A stretch of 64,000 nucleotides of DNA from positions 3,200,001-3,264,000 of the forward strand of contig OZ244048.1 in the NCBI GenBank assembly GCA_965215265.1, given 5' to 3'. How positions within the stretch are numbered: position 1 is the first letter of the stretch; each line of letters starts with the position of its first letter. A model generated the notes under the pieces. The model saw nothing but the letters and a program-made list of their open reading frames with translations. It had not been told where the DNA came from and searched no databases. The translations under genes were made by a program, and so were the position numbers. The stretch is from Candidatus Poribacteria bacterium (GTDB lineage Bacteria > Poribacteria > WGA-4E > WGA-3G). Positions 37,199 through 48,251 of the stretch are shown here, one piece after another.

Positions 37199-40144
37199 CT
37201 ATTTTCTATCTGTGCTCTGCTTTCGCGACAACGACTCTATGTCGAATAGAGATTGCTGTTGGTCTGTGTCAGTAGTCTTGCTTATATGAGTCCAGTCTGT
37301 ACCGATGCGTGCTGAGGGTTTGTAATTCAGCAGCGTCTCCAAAAGTGCCCTTTCATTGGAACCTTCGGGGTTCATCTCTATGAGTGCCTGTACAACTGGC
37401 TTGAAGACCTGGCTTTCCGCGAGCCCTGAATCGATAAAGTAGTCGTTTAGTTCGGCCCGTTCGTTGGCATCCCAGAGGAGCATGAGCCGATGGATAACGT
37501 CTATTATCGGAACCTGCCCTAAGGTGTGTGTATAACCGACGCGAGTTGCGTCGCGTTCGGTGTAACCGTGGAGTTTGAGTGCGTTGCCGGAGGCGACCTT
37601 CTTCAAGAAGCCGTCACGGCGGTTGCGGAGCTCGTCAAGGGATACGCCGTAGCCTTGTGCCAATAGGATACACTCGCCTACGGGGGCATCCGCGGTGCCG
37701 AAATGGTTCCTGTGCATCAGGTAGTAGGATGTCCATGCGTCTAAAGCCTCGGTGTTCTGGAGATTGAGAATCTGTCCCAATGCGAAGTTGGTGACGCGCC
37801 GTCTGACCTCCGTGAGAAATTCAGTTACCGTGAAGCGGTTGCCGGTTGCTCGCCGGACTTCTGTATGGGCGGAGTAGCTTTCGAGGGCGGGGCCGATGGC
37901 TGCCCAGACGAAGTCGGGGCCCCGGATGCCCATGTCCCAGAAGTCGCGGAGCCGTTCAGTGATGCGTGCTTTCATGGCCCTTGTGACTTGGTTGTACCAG
38001 CCGACTTTTGCGTCAGCGGGACGTTTCCGGCAGACGAGCCACAGCGACGTTGCGAGAGAGGCTTTCCTTTGTGAGCTCAGGCTGTTCTTTAGTTCTGTGT
38101 CAATAGGCCACGATGCGGTAACGACCAGCCCGGCTTCGATCATCGCTGTCACCAAGGTTTCCCATGCGTCTGGGGATTTGTGTGCGAACACAATCACTAT
38201 TCGCCCGGTGTCTACGAGTGCATTGCGTGCAGCTGAAAAAGTAGCGGCCATACCAGATTCGTAAAACTTCTTCGCCGCCTTATTATCGCCATCAAAATGA
38301 TCCGAATGTTGGACAAGTTCATCAGATTTTGGTGTGAGTGTGTCTGCAAAAATGTCAGGAAATTGTTCTCCAATTGAGCGCCGGAGCCATACATAGAAGA
38401 AGTCGGAGAGGTCTGCGTACGGAATCGCGTCATAGTAGGGCGGATCCGTAATAATTGCCGATACCTTTTGACTGACTTGACAACGGCTCGATTGTTGATT
38501 GATGTCGGGTGTGGAGGTTAATTTGGTCGCGAGCATGTTTTCCAGAAAACGTGTCACCGAACCAATGTGGGCGGAATAACTACCTGCGAGCTGAGAAAAG
38601 GGATTTAGCTCAGCAAAGTCCCAAACGATCGGCATTGCGAATCTCATAAAAGTGCTTCTTACTGCTTCGCTAGTGTTATGCCATGTACAGATCGTAGAAT
38701 TATAATCAGCAATTCTATTAACAAGGACTGCTAGGTAAGCCCAAACTGCCTCTATCCACGGCGTGGGATATCCAATTTTTTTCATTTCCTTACATGATGT
38801 AAGCGTCCATTTCACAAAAGTCATCAACGCCAGTAGCTGCCGGTCTCTAAAGAGCTGCGACCACTGCTTAAAGCCGTAGAGGGGGATGCTAAATCCGAGC
38901 GTTTTGGGGCTGGGCATCGGTTCATCGGGGATGCCGTGTGGGATTTGCGCTTCGATGGCTGCTAAGGTTTCGGGTGGTATCTCGGCTGCGTTAATCTCCT
39001 CTTGTGTGGGTGTGCGGTACTCCTTGCCGTAGGTTTCCTGATAAACGACGGCTGTCATCTGTGCCTTAAGTTTTCCGATATGTCCGCACCGTTTGATATG
39101 ATCGCCGGGTTGTGGAGCGCTGCAAAAGGGGCAGGTCGCAGCCGCCCCTCTACCGGACATTGTGGGAGTTCCAAGGTCGTCTACATTTTTCGGTGCGTAG
39201 ATTTCAAATTGGACGCGTTTCGTCTCGGGGTGCGTGGAGAGTTTGAGGGCGCGTTTTGCGTTGATGACGACTTTCTTCTGGTTTCTCGTCTCTTTGGTGC
39301 GTAGGAAATCGGGGCGTGCTCGATTTTCGGGTGTGTCAGGGAGCGTTTTCTCCGCTTTTTTGGACAAATAGAGGGTTTTGAGTAGCGGGATCTGCCCGTT
39401 GCAGCTCGGATCTTGACATGGGATTGTCCGTGTCCAGAGGTAGGCGACTGTCGGTTTGTCATCTATAGTCGGGTAGAAGTGCTTCAGTTCGTTGCGTGCG
39501 TTCTCTAAGACCCACTGTCCCCAGAGGCGGACGTGATCGACGAGGTCTCCGTTCTTCAGCTCGGGCGGTTCAGAGAGGTTGAGCTTCGGGAGTTGATGCG
39601 TTTTACCGGCGAGACGTTGCGGGTATTCGAGCGTGCATTTGAGGATGAACCATGCGACGGGGTTGTAGTCGTTGGCGATTGCTTCACAGCCGAGTCGCAT
39701 CGCTTCGAGGGGGATTGCCCCGCCGCCTGCGAATAGGTCGAGGACTTTCGGCGGCTTGCCGTTGTAAGCGGTCTGTATCAGTTCCCTAGCGATGCGGAGT
39801 TTATTGAGCCATCGTCCCTTCTGGTCTTTCTCGTGCCATTCTGCGTGTCCGTTTTCGTCGCCCCATCGGGTGAGTGCGGCGATGAGATCACAGAGATATT
39901 TGCGTTGGTCATCAGGGAGGGATGAGCCAGAGAGGCGTGTGTATTCGGCCTTGAGAGGCTCAGGTGCATCTTCGGGCTCTGGGAGTAGGGTAGCGAGTGT
40001 GACTGCTCGGCATGCGGCGAGGGGGCGTCGTGCGGGCCAAATATGGAGGTTGGAGATATGGCCGTGGTGTACGTTCTTTTCGTGTTTTGAATCTGTGGAG
40101 ACCTTTTCTAGGGGGAAGGCTTCCTCTATAAGCCTACGTGGCAT
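37199..40144 (-). CDS. DUF1156-containing DNA adenine methyltransferase
   Basis: LHIWPARRPLAACRA, DLFAGGGAIPLEA, TDPPYY, CxxC Zn pairs. Confidence 0.9.
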   Translation of the reverse strand: MPRRLIEEAFPLEKVSTDSKHEKNVHHGHISNLHIWPARRPLAACRAVTLATLLPEPEDAPEPLKAEYTRLSGSSLPDDQRKYLCDLIAALTRWGDENGHAEWHEKDQKGRWLNKLRIARELIQTAYNGKPPKVLDLFAGGGAIPLEAMRLGCEAIANDYNPVAWFILKCTLEYPQRLAGKTHQLPKLNLSEPPELKNGDLVDHVRLWGQWVLENARNELKHFYPTIDDKPTVAYLWTRTIPCQDPSCNGQIPLLKTLYLSKKAEKTLPDTPENRARPDFLRTKETRNQKKVVINAKRALKLSTHPETKRVQFEIYAPKNVDDLGTPTMSGRGAAATCPFCSAPQPGDHIKRCGHIGKLKAQMTAVVYQETYGKEYRTPTQEEINAAEIPPETLAAIEAQIPHGIPDEPMPSPKTLGFSIPLYGFKQWSQLFRDRQLLALMTFVKWTLTSCKEMKKIGYPTPWIEAVWAYLAVLVNRIADYNSTICTWHNTSEAVRSTFMRFAMPIVWDFAELNPFSQLAGSYSAHIGSVTRFLENMLATKLTSTPDINQQSSRCQVSQKVSAIITDPPYYDAIPYADLSDFFYVWLRRSIGEQFPDIFADTLTPKSDELVQHSDHFDGDNKAAKKFYESGMAATFSAARNALVDTGRIVIVFAHKSPDAWETLVTAMIEAGLVVTASWPIDTELKNSLSSQRKASLATSLWLVCRKRPADAKVGWYNQVTRAMKARITERLRDFWDMGIRGPDFVWAAIGPALESYSAHTEVRRATGNRFTVTEFLTEVRRRVTNFALGQILNLQNTEALDAWTSYYLMHRNHFGTADAPVGECILLAQGYGVSLDELRNRRDGFLKKVASGNALKLHGYTERDATRVGYTHTLGQVPIIDVIHRLMLLWDANERAELNDYFIDSGLAESQVFKPVVQALIEMNPEGSNERALLETLLNYKPSARIGTDWTHISKTTDTDQQQSLFDIESLSRKQSTDRK

Positions 40145-40411
40145 TCGTATTTCCCTTTGTTGTGTGGTTGATATAATAAATATAACTTACTTAATTGTGC
40201 GATTTCTGTCAAGCGGGGTTTAAGCCGCGTGTTTTTTTTCTGTTTCTGTGAGTATGCTAGCATATTTATAGAAATATGTCAAGTTTTTTTTATGTGTGTC
40301 ATTTTTCTAAACAAAAACCTTTCACCCTTCAAAAAAATGGGGGTAAGTGAGTTTTTGTGTCGGTTTCGGTTTAAATTGTAGGCTTGCAGCATGGATAGAT
40401 GAGGGTGGCTG

Positions 40412-43400
40412 TCAATTTTTTTTGTTTTGTGTATTGTTAAGGATATCAGCGGATTTGATGATATAGGTAGCTTTGCATTTCGCCTTGAGGTGGTTATAGG
40501 GGTCAGCGTGTATATGTAGCTGAGGATTGCTGTCGCAGTGATAGACGACGTAGAGCCAGTAGCGGTCGGGGTGGTTATCGGCTTGTCGCCATTCGTTTTC
40601 TGTTAATTGGATGTCGCCGGTTGTGGCGCGTCCTTTGACTTCGATGTAGCGGACTTCTCCGTTTGGGTGTCTGGATTCGAGGTCGAATCCGCGTTTGAGG
40701 TGTGGTGCGGAGACATCTTGGACGGTTGCGCCGCGTTGGCGTTCGTAGTTAATGACGGTGTTGATGGCGATGGCTTCGGTGTCAGGCAAGGTGCGGGTGG
40801 GGAGTCCGGGCTCGTCTGGGGGCGGTGGTGTGACAAAGGCGCGTGCGTAGAGTTCGACGGGTTCTAATCGAATGGTTTCGATTTCTTGGGTGAGTCGTGC
40901 TTTCGCGGCCTCGTGTTCTTCAGGGAGAGTCTTGAGGAGGCGGTTGCATCTCTCTAGTTTGGTTTGTGCGGCGGGGGTACCGCTGTTGACATCCGTTTTG
41001 AGCGTTTGGCGTTGCTTTAGCAGCTCAGACCTTTGTAAGTTAAACGAGACTTGGAGCTGCTCCTGTCTATTTTTTAATCCATTCTGAAACTGGTTGCGAA
41101 ATTGAAGCAGTTTCGGATTTCCGAAATTTTCACGGATGCAATCTTTGACTCGCTGCGTCTGCTCAGCGAGTGAGTGCAATTCGGGTGTGAGGAGTGTGGC
41201 TGTGTTCTGTTCAGCTGTAGGTGGGATGAGTGTTAACAAGAGATGTGCGGGTGTTTCGCTACATTTTGCGTCCGCGGTCTGTTTGATTCCGAGGAGGGTT
41301 TGGTCGAGGATTTGAGACGTTTCGCCGGTCTGTTGTACGATGTTGACTTTTGCGAGATAGAAGAGGTAGGGTTCCTCGGTGTGTGGGTCGAAAAAGATGG
41401 CGCCGTGTTTGGCTGCGGCGTTAAATTTTTGGAGGAAATGGGTTTGGACGGTGTCGAAGATAGGTTCGCCGGGGTGTAGCAAGATGGCCTCGGGTTTTTC
41501 TGCGGTGTTGGGGAGTGCGAGTTGGCGTGAGAAGGTGAGGTGGTGCTGGAGGTTGGGAGGGTATTCATCGATGGCGTTTTGTAATGGTGCGGGAGAGTTG
41601 ACAAGTTTAAAAGTGTGTTCGGTGCTGCCTTTGATATGTGCGCCGAGGTGTTGTGCGGCCTGTTCGAAGAAACTTCTGGCGTAAGCGGGTAGCATCCGGA
41701 AGGTTTCTGCGGCTTCGCGCTGGTGCTGGGTATCGGCGAGTAGGTGCTTAATGTCGCTTGGCATGACAGACTTTTGCTGCCTCTCCAGCTGTGTTTTGAA
41801 ATTTTCGGCAGTGAATTGCTCGTTGATAGCGCGGATAGATGCGTCGGTCTGGTTTTCTGTGATGGCTTTTGTGATGAGTTGTGAGAGAGATGTTTGGCTG
41901 AATTGCTGTCCGATGACATCGAAGACCTTATCGTCATCTAGTTCGTCGCGCATTTTCTGCAATTTATCGAGGAGTACCGTGAGTACTCGTCCTTCGCGCG
42001 TGTCTTCAGCGACGAGATTAAGCAGTACGACTGTGTGCGTCTGCTTGTATCGGTGTATGCGTCCCATGCGTTGTTCGAGTCGTGCGGGGTTCCATGGGAT
42101 ATCGTAGTTGACCATCAGCCAGCAGAATTGGAGGTTAATGCCTTCGCCTGCGGCATCGGTAGCGATGAGATATTGCGCGTCGTGTGTGTCTCGGAAACGT
42201 TCGACCTGTTTTTCGCGTTCAGTGTAATTCATCCCGCCGTGGATTTGGGCGACTTTTCCGGTAAAGCCCAACGCCTCTAAGCGGTGGGTAACAAATTCCA
42301 GTGTGTCTCGATGCTCGGTGAAGATGAGGACTTTTGTGTCGGGGTATTCGGAGAGTGCCTCCCAGAGTTTTTCAAATTTGCTTTCCGATTTGAGTCGGTA
42401 AACGTTCTCAGCGAGTGCTTTAATCGTTTGCAGGTGCTGGATTTCGGTTTCGAGCTGTTGCGTGGATTGTGCGGTGGTTGCACGTTCGAGTTCTCGATCT
42501 GCGTGTTCGGATTCTTCGGTGCCGTCAATGAATTCTTCCTCGTCGCCAGTTTTCTCTTCTCGGACATCGGTGTGTGAGAGCGTCTGCTGTCGTGTTTCTA
42601 GTTGTGCTGTTGAGAGGTTGCCGTTTCGGAGGTTTTGTAGGGTAGCGTGAAGTTTCTGCGTACGTCTGATAATGCTCTGCCGCAGTGCGAAGGTTGAGCT
42701 GGCGAGTCGTCGTTGTAGTACTAGCATGGCCATTTTTGCGGCGTTTCGGTTGTATTGGTTGGCGAGATCGAAATATTGTTCGCAATAGGTTGTGACGGCG
42801 TCGTAGAGGGCTTGCTCGCTAACGGGACCTTGCTTAAGGGGATAGGTGATTGTTCGGCTGTGTCGAGGCGGGTAGATGGGTTTTCCGTCGAAGGTGATCA
42901 TCTCCTCTTTCATGCGTCGGAGCAGATGTTTAGTTTTTTCGTCGGTGGCGAGTCGTTCGAAGGCTTTCTGTGCGGCGAGGCGTTCTGGCATCAGCAGTCG
43001 CCATAGAAAATAGTAAGCGTCCTCTTTTCCCATGTGTGGTGTAGCTGTGAGGAGGAGCAGATGTTTGCGTTGTGCGGCGATGCGCTCCGCCAAAAGGTAA
43101 CGTTTGGATTTGTGGATTGTGCCGTCGCGTTCGTAGCGTGCGGAGAGTTTATGTGCTTCGTCAAAGACGACGAGTTGATAATCTGGTGCGTTAAAGAGGT
43201 GTTTCTGCATCCGTTCTTGCCTTAGGGTATCCAAGCTGATGATCGCTAGGCGGTTTTTGGGTTCTGCAAATGGATTCGTTCTGTTTGCATCGTTACTAGA
43301 GAGGATACGGAAGTTGAGGCGGAAGCAGAGTCGTAGTTCCCGTTCCCAATTCCCGATGAGTCCGGCCGGTGGTACGACGAGTATCCGTTCTACTTGTCCA

Positions 43401-43885
43401 CGAAGGAGCAACTCTTGGATGTAGAGTCCGGTCATGATTGTTTTGCCAGCGCCGGCATCGTCAGCCAAGAGGAAGCGTAGGGGTGCGTGTTTGAGAAGAT
43501 GCTGATAGACGGCGATGAATTGGTGCGGTAGCGGGTCGATGAGAGATGTCTCTGTAGCGAAGATCGGGTTGAATAGATAGGCGTGTTGAAGTCTTCTGGC
43601 TTCAGCGACAAGCGTCACCAGTTTTGGGTCAGTTTGGAAAGCGTTGGGTGCGACTTGAAAACGCGTCTGTAGTTCATCGGTGGAATAGGTATATGTCTCC
43701 TCCTCGTCTTCAAAAAGGAGTTCGACGAAGGAATCGTGGGGTACGAGTTTACGGATGACGCGGGTTTTGTGGTGATGTGTGTCGATGAGTGCGGTGCCGG
43801 AGCGAATAGCGTTGGCTTGGATGGTGTCAGTTGGGTACGCCTCATCTCTCTGTTCAGGGTTTGGATGTTCTGCGTTATTGTTCAT
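40412..43885 (-). CDS. SNF2-family helicase with C-terminal DUF3883 PD-(D/E)xK nuclease
   Basis: LADDAGAGKT, DEAH, TATP, EQRMGRIHR; C-terminal GFDLES...IEVKG. Confidence 0.9.
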   Translation of the reverse strand: MNNNAEHPNPEQRDEAYPTDTIQANAIRSGTALIDTHHHKTRVIRKLVPHDSFVELLFEDEEETYTYSTDELQTRFQVAPNAFQTDPKLVTLVAEARRLQHAYLFNPIFATETSLIDPLPHQFIAVYQHLLKHAPLRFLLADDAGAGKTIMTGLYIQELLLRGQVERILVVPPAGLIGNWERELRLCFRLNFRILSSNDANRTNPFAEPKNRLAIISLDTLRQERMQKHLFNAPDYQLVVFDEAHKLSARYERDGTIHKSKRYLLAERIAAQRKHLLLLTATPHMGKEDAYYFLWRLLMPERLAAQKAFERLATDEKTKHLLRRMKEEMITFDGKPIYPPRHSRTITYPLKQGPVSEQALYDAVTTYCEQYFDLANQYNRNAAKMAMLVLQRRLASSTFALRQSIIRRTQKLHATLQNLRNGNLSTAQLETRQQTLSHTDVREEKTGDEEEFIDGTEESEHADRELERATTAQSTQQLETEIQHLQTIKALAENVYRLKSESKFEKLWEALSEYPDTKVLIFTEHRDTLEFVTHRLEALGFTGKVAQIHGGMNYTEREKQVERFRDTHDAQYLIATDAAGEGINLQFCWLMVNYDIPWNPARLEQRMGRIHRYKQTHTVVLLNLVAEDTREGRVLTVLLDKLQKMRDELDDDKVFDVIGQQFSQTSLSQLITKAITENQTDASIRAINEQFTAENFKTQLERQQKSVMPSDIKHLLADTQHQREAAETFRMLPAYARSFFEQAAQHLGAHIKGSTEHTFKLVNSPAPLQNAIDEYPPNLQHHLTFSRQLALPNTAEKPEAILLHPGEPIFDTVQTHFLQKFNAAAKHGAIFFDPHTEEPYLFYLAKVNIVQQTGETSQILDQTLLGIKQTADAKCSETPAHLLLTLIPPTAEQNTATLLTPELHSLAEQTQRVKDCIRENFGNPKLLQFRNQFQNGLKNRQEQLQVSFNLQRSELLKQRQTLKTDVNSGTPAAQTKLERCNRLLKTLPEEHEAAKARLTQEIETIRLEPVELYARAFVTPPPPDEPGLPTRTLPDTEAIAINTVINYERQRGATVQDVSAPHLKRGFDLESRHPNGEVRYIEVKGRATTGDIQLTENEWRQADNHPDRYWLYVVYHCDSNPQLHIHADPYNHLKAKCKATYIIKSADILNNTQNKKN

Positions 43886-44395
43886 AGATTTGTTCCTGTT
43901 TCAAGCATAAGGTTTTTGTCCGCTTCTGCAAATAAGATAATCTGTTTGCAATTAGAAGGCGGTGATTCGATGTCTCTGTTGAGAATACTTTTCCCGGTTT
44001 AAAATTCTCCACTAATTTTATAGCAGCGATGTGGAATTTTGTCAAGGCTTTTATGATAGCGGAGCCGGGCTGTTGTGTGGAGAGGGAGATGTGCGGTTTT
44101 TTATGGGTTAAGGAAAGTTTCTATTGTAAAGGGGAGGCACGTGTATAGAAATTTTTGAAAGGAAACCTATTATTATATAATAAGTATTTAGCTAAAAATC
44201 GTTAGCATTAAAGGTGTCGACAAGGAAACTGATTTGGAAGGTGGGATGGAACAAGAGAGACAGCATGTTTCTTTAGCGAGCTCAGAGTGATGTGAAAGAT
44301 TTGTGGGTATCCCAAAAATTTTGAATTGACATGAAAAGCTAAATCTGCTAAAAATAGATTTTATAGGGTTTATATCTTAAAGGTTATGAGGACTT

Positions 44396-45265
44396 ATGCT
44401 TGAACAGAAAGATTCATTGTCCGTAGCGGGTGGGACACAAGCGTTGCCAGCGATGGGTTTTACGGATATTCTGGATGGTACGTTCAGTCTGTATCGGAGC
44501 CATTTCGGTCTGTTTTTGAGGATAAACTCACTTTATTTCAGTCTCACGTCGTTTTGCCTGACTGTGCTATTAAGATTTTCGCCTGCAGTTTCGGATTTTG
44601 ATATGTTATTGTCCATAGTTATTCTTTTTTGCATGAGTCTAATACCAATTTTGGTTATGGGTAGCCTAGCTTTGGCTGGGGCCCACACCTATTTAGGGTG
44701 GCAGATTAGCCCGCGAAGTGTCTACCAGCAAGTTTTTAATAGGTTTTTTCCGTATCTCGGTAGCAGTCTGCTTTGGTATTTAACGACGGTAGTTTTGGCA
44801 GCAACGGTCATTGGTATTCCGTTTGCTATCTATTTTGGTGTTCGGTGGTCTCTCTACGGTTTGCCTGTGCTGTTTGAAGGCACCGGTGTCCGGCAGTCCT
44901 TAAAACGGAGTGGCCAATTAGTCAAAGGGATGTGGTGGCGTGTGTTTGGGATTTCGCTTGGTATTTTTTTACTCTTTTTCGTGATTCAAACTATACTTCA
45001 ATCTAATTTAGGATTTGCCTTAACATTAGTCGGTGTCAAGTCTGAGGGCGATGTGAGAGACACGCTGCTAAGAATAATACTTGGTCCTTATCGATCTGAT
45101 GAACCGTTCTTCTTTTATGTACAGATGTTTATCCACTTCATTGTGAGTTTGTTCACGCTTCCGCTTTTACCGATCTGCTCCACGCTTCTCTACTTTGATC
45201 TGCGTATCCGGAAGGAAGGTTTTGATATTGGCATGGTGGAGAACAGTCGTGAATTGGTTGATTAA
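44396..45265 (+). CDS. Membrane protein (glycerophosphodiester-phosphodiesterase membrane-domain-like), copy 1
   Basis: DILDGTFSLYR, SLKRSGQLVKG.WWRVFG, LLYFDLRIRKEGFD. Confidence 0.75.
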   Translation: MLEQKDSLSVAGGTQALPAMGFTDILDGTFSLYRSHFGLFLRINSLYFSLTSFCLTVLLRFSPAVSDFDMLLSIVILFCMSLIPILVMGSLALAGAHTYLGWQISPRSVYQQVFNRFFPYLGSSLLWYLTTVVLAATVIGIPFAIYFGVRWSLYGLPVLFEGTGVRQSLKRSGQLVKGMWWRVFGISLGIFLLFFVIQTILQSNLGFALTLVGVKSEGDVRDTLLRIILGPYRSDEPFFFYVQMFIHFIVSLFTLPLLPICSTLLYFDLRIRKEGFDIGMVENSRELVD

Positions 45266-45464
45266 GTCTGTCCATATAGGCAAGGTAGACGGGTGTTTTC
45301 TGTTCGGTATACGGTTTATTTTCGTGTTGGTGCTGTGTTCGGTTCTGCTCGTGCTTGGTTTCGTTGGCTTGGGTGCGGTAGTTATATTTTTGAATTGACA
45401 TGAAAAGCTAAATCTGCTAAAAATAGATTTTATAGGGTTTATATCTTAAAGGTTGGGAGGACTT

Positions 45465-46343
45465 ATGCTTGAACAGAAAGATTCATTGTCCGTAGCGGAT
45501 GGGACACAAGCGTTGCCAGCGATGGGTTTTACGGATATTCTGGATGGTACGTTCAGTCTGTATCGGAGCCATTTCGGTCTATTTTTGAGGATAAACGCGG
45601 TTTATTTCGTTTTGGTGTTTTGCCTGAATCTGCTATCAAAATTTTCGACCGGATTTTCGGATGCGGCGGATGGGATTGTGTTATCGCCCATAGTTATTCT
45701 TTTTTTCATCAGTCTAGTAGCCATGTTGTTTACGGGTGGCATATTTTTGGCGGGTGCCCACACGTATTTAGGGCAGCAGATTAGCGCGGGGAGCGCCTAC
45801 CAGCAAGTTTTTAATCGGTTTTTGCCCTATCTGGGCAGCAATTTACTTTACCTATTAACGACGGGAGTTTTGGCAGTCACTGTGATTGGTATTCCGTTTG
45901 CTATCTATTTTGGTGTTCGGTGGTCTCTCTACGGTTTGCCTGTGCTGTTTGAAGGCACCGGTGTCCGGCAGTCCTTAAAACGGAGTGGCCAATTAGTCAA
46001 AGGGACGTGGTGGCGTGTGTTTGGGATTTCGCTTGGTATTTTTTTACTCTTTTTCATGATTCAAACTATACTTAAATCTACTTTAGGATTTGCGCTAACC
46101 TTAGTTGGGATTACGTCTGAGGGCGATGTGAGAGATACGCTGCTAAGAATAATACTTGGTCCTTATCGACTTGATGAACCGTTCTTCTCTTATACGATGC
46201 AGATGCTTGTCCACCTCGGTGTGAGTACGTTCACGCTCCCCATTTTATCGATCGGCTCCACGCTTCTCTACTTTGATCTGCGTATCCGGAAGGAAGGTTT
46301 TGATATTGGCATGGTGGAGAACAGTCGTGAATTGGCTAGCTAG
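45465..46343 (+). CDS. Membrane protein, same family, copy 2
   Basis: Paralogue of 44396-45265; GGAGG RBS before ATG 45465. Confidence 0.75.
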   Translation: MLEQKDSLSVADGTQALPAMGFTDILDGTFSLYRSHFGLFLRINAVYFVLVFCLNLLSKFSTGFSDAADGIVLSPIVILFFISLVAMLFTGGIFLAGAHTYLGQQISAGSAYQQVFNRFLPYLGSNLLYLLTTGVLAVTVIGIPFAIYFGVRWSLYGLPVLFEGTGVRQSLKRSGQLVKGTWWRVFGISLGIFLLFFMIQTILKSTLGFALTLVGITSEGDVRDTLLRIILGPYRLDEPFFSYTMQMLVHLGVSTFTLPILSIGSTLLYFDLRIRKEGFDIGMVENSRELAS

Positions 46344-46353
46344 GGGTGTCCGC

Positions 46354-47013
46354 ATGCGCAAGATAGACGGGCGTTGGCTGTCCGCTATAGGGTTTATTTT
46401 TGTGTTGGTGCTGTTTCCGGTTTTGCTGGCGATGGAGACAACAGAAGAGCGTTTGAGAGAGGAGTTCGCTTCGGATGCGGCGGGGACAACGGTTTCATTT
46501 GAGAAATATCAATCAACTTTATCGAAGCTTTTGTCGGACGATGGTACAAGCTGGCATATAGGATTGCGTGATATTCTGTTCGTGTTTGGCTTCGTTGGGT
46601 TGGGGGCGGTGGTTATATTTTTTGTACGTCGGATTCGAGGAAATTTGATTGTTGAAGCATCAGATGAAGTGGTTTCTGCGTCAGTTGAAACGGTAGGAAC
46701 AGAAAAAGTCGCGCTCACGCATGCGGATGAGGCGTTGGCATCGTCTAACTTTCGGCATGCGCTGCGCTTCCTGTATCTCTCTGTCATTTTGCATCTACAA
46801 GAGCGAGGCGTTCTGAGTTATGATAAGAGTTTGACGAACCGTGAGTATCTACGTGCGTTGCAAACAGATCCAGAATTAGAAAGCACGTTGCACGCCTTGC
46901 GACCTGTGATTAGGATTTTTGATGAGGTGTGGTATGGACACAAACCGTGCGATGAAAAGACGGTCACAAATTACCGTGAGCTGTTGCAAGCCGTCTATCT
47001 AACTCGCGAATAA
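46354..47013 (+). CDS. DUF4129 domain membrane protein
   Basis: FRHALRFLY, SLTNREYL, FDEVWYG; start re-assigned to MRKIDG. Confidence 0.8.
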   Translation: MRKIDGRWLSAIGFIFVLVLFPVLLAMETTEERLREEFASDAAGTTVSFEKYQSTLSKLLSDDGTSWHIGLRDILFVFGFVGLGAVVIFFVRRIRGNLIVEASDEVVSASVETVGTEKVALTHADEALASSNFRHALRFLYLSVILHLQERGVLSYDKSLTNREYLRALQTDPELESTLHALRPVIRIFDEVWYGHKPCDEKTVTNYRELLQAVYLTRE

Positions 47014-47070
47014 GAGCAGACACGCAGTGACTGGTATAAAATTGAGTGTGGGTAGAGAGCGGGGTGAGTT

Positions 47071-48240
47071 TTGATGTCAAGGCGAACTTACAGAGTCCTT
47101 CTACAAAAACTTTTGATAGGCTGCGTTTGTTTCATACTGGGATGCGATGGTTTGGATAGAGGGAGTACGCTGCACAATATTTTGCATGCCTTGAAATTTC
47201 GCGTCACAAAAATATCTGCGTTGTCGCCTGTGCAGTTGGATAGGTTGGATGTCCTATTCCTGAGAGAGCTTTCCAAGGCTCTGACTGACGAGGAAATTGA
47301 GGAGATACGCGATTTTGTGAGGGATGGGGGGATTCTGGTAGCAGCGGGAGACAGTGAAAAGTTTGATTCGCTCCTATCAGCATACAGGTTAAGAGGGCGA
47401 AAATTAGAAACGGTGTTGTCCAATTCACAACGGCTTCTAAAGTCTCCGCTCTTTCCAACGCGTCCAGTGCCAGAAATTCGCTCACGTACTGATTTTTTGA
47501 TTGAGCTTGCAGATGAGCCCGTGCCGGACGGTGAGGTAATTCCACTCTACGGGTTTGTGAGAGACGGTAGTGGTTTAGATTCGATTGTAGAGTTCTCAAT
47601 TGTGGGCTACTTTGAAGGTAAGGGGCGTGCGTTTTTCATCTCGTGTCCGTATATTTTCAGACGTTCTGGATTAAAATATGAGGAGAACGCGACGTTTCTT
47701 TACAATCTAATGTCTACGCTGCCGCGTAAAGCGCGGATTGGGCTGGCTGAGGTCCGTTACTATAGTTCGAGTTCAACGAGTACGACGGATCCGTTGATGT
47801 TTCTGTTGTTCAGAACGCCGGGTGGCTGGGCAGCGGTTTATATCGGGCTGACGCTTTTTATGTTTCTCATCCTGCGTGGGCAGCGATTTGGCAGGCCTTT
47901 GGAGCCGCAAGCGCGTCCCCGGCGTCTCAGTTCGGAGTATGTGCTGGCTATGACAACCCTCTACCAAAAAGCAGACACGCGGCTGGAGCTCTTGGAACAA
48001 ATCGGCAGCAGGTTCCGATTTGACCTGGGTGTGCATTGGGGTGTTGACGTGAATTTAGAGACTTCTGCGTTTGTTGAGGAAATTGCACGGGGCGCTGCGT
48101 CGGATGCAGATGAGCTCAAAGCGCTATTGAGCGTGTTAGACTCGAGGCGGAAGATATCGGAGGCGCAGCTGCTAGAAATTGCTAATCGGGTTGATGCCTA
48201 TTATGAAAGGACAAAAATGAGGCGGACGCGCCGCAGTTAG
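47071..48240 (+). CDS. DUF4350-like membrane-anchored protein
   Basis: [17 protein letters not shown] then RFGRP...EYVLAM; typical position before moxR. Confidence 0.7.
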   Translation: MMSRRTYRVLLQKLLIGCVCFILGCDGLDRGSTLHNILHALKFRVTKISALSPVQLDRLDVLFLRELSKALTDEEIEEIRDFVRDGGILVAAGDSEKFDSLLSAYRLRGRKLETVLSNSQRLLKSPLFPTRPVPEIRSRTDFLIELADEPVPDGEVIPLYGFVRDGSGLDSIVEFSIVGYFEGKGRAFFISCPYIFRRSGLKYEENATFLYNLMSTLPRKARIGLAEVRYYSSSSTSTTDPLMFLLFRTPGGWAAVYIGLTLFMFLILRGQRFGRPLEPQARPRRLSSEYVLAMTTLYQKADTRLELLEQIGSRFRFDLGVHWGVDVNLETSAFVEEIARGAASDADELKALLSVLDSRRKISEAQLLEIANRVDAYYERTKMRRTRRS

Positions 48241-48251
48241 AAAAGACAAAA

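Larger units (their letters stand above)
44319..46400 (+). repeat. Diverged tandem duplication (period 1069 bp) including promoter and gene
   Basis: TTGAATTGACATGAAAAGCTAAATCTGC at ~44321 and ~45390; ATGs at 44396 and 45465. Confidence 0.9.
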
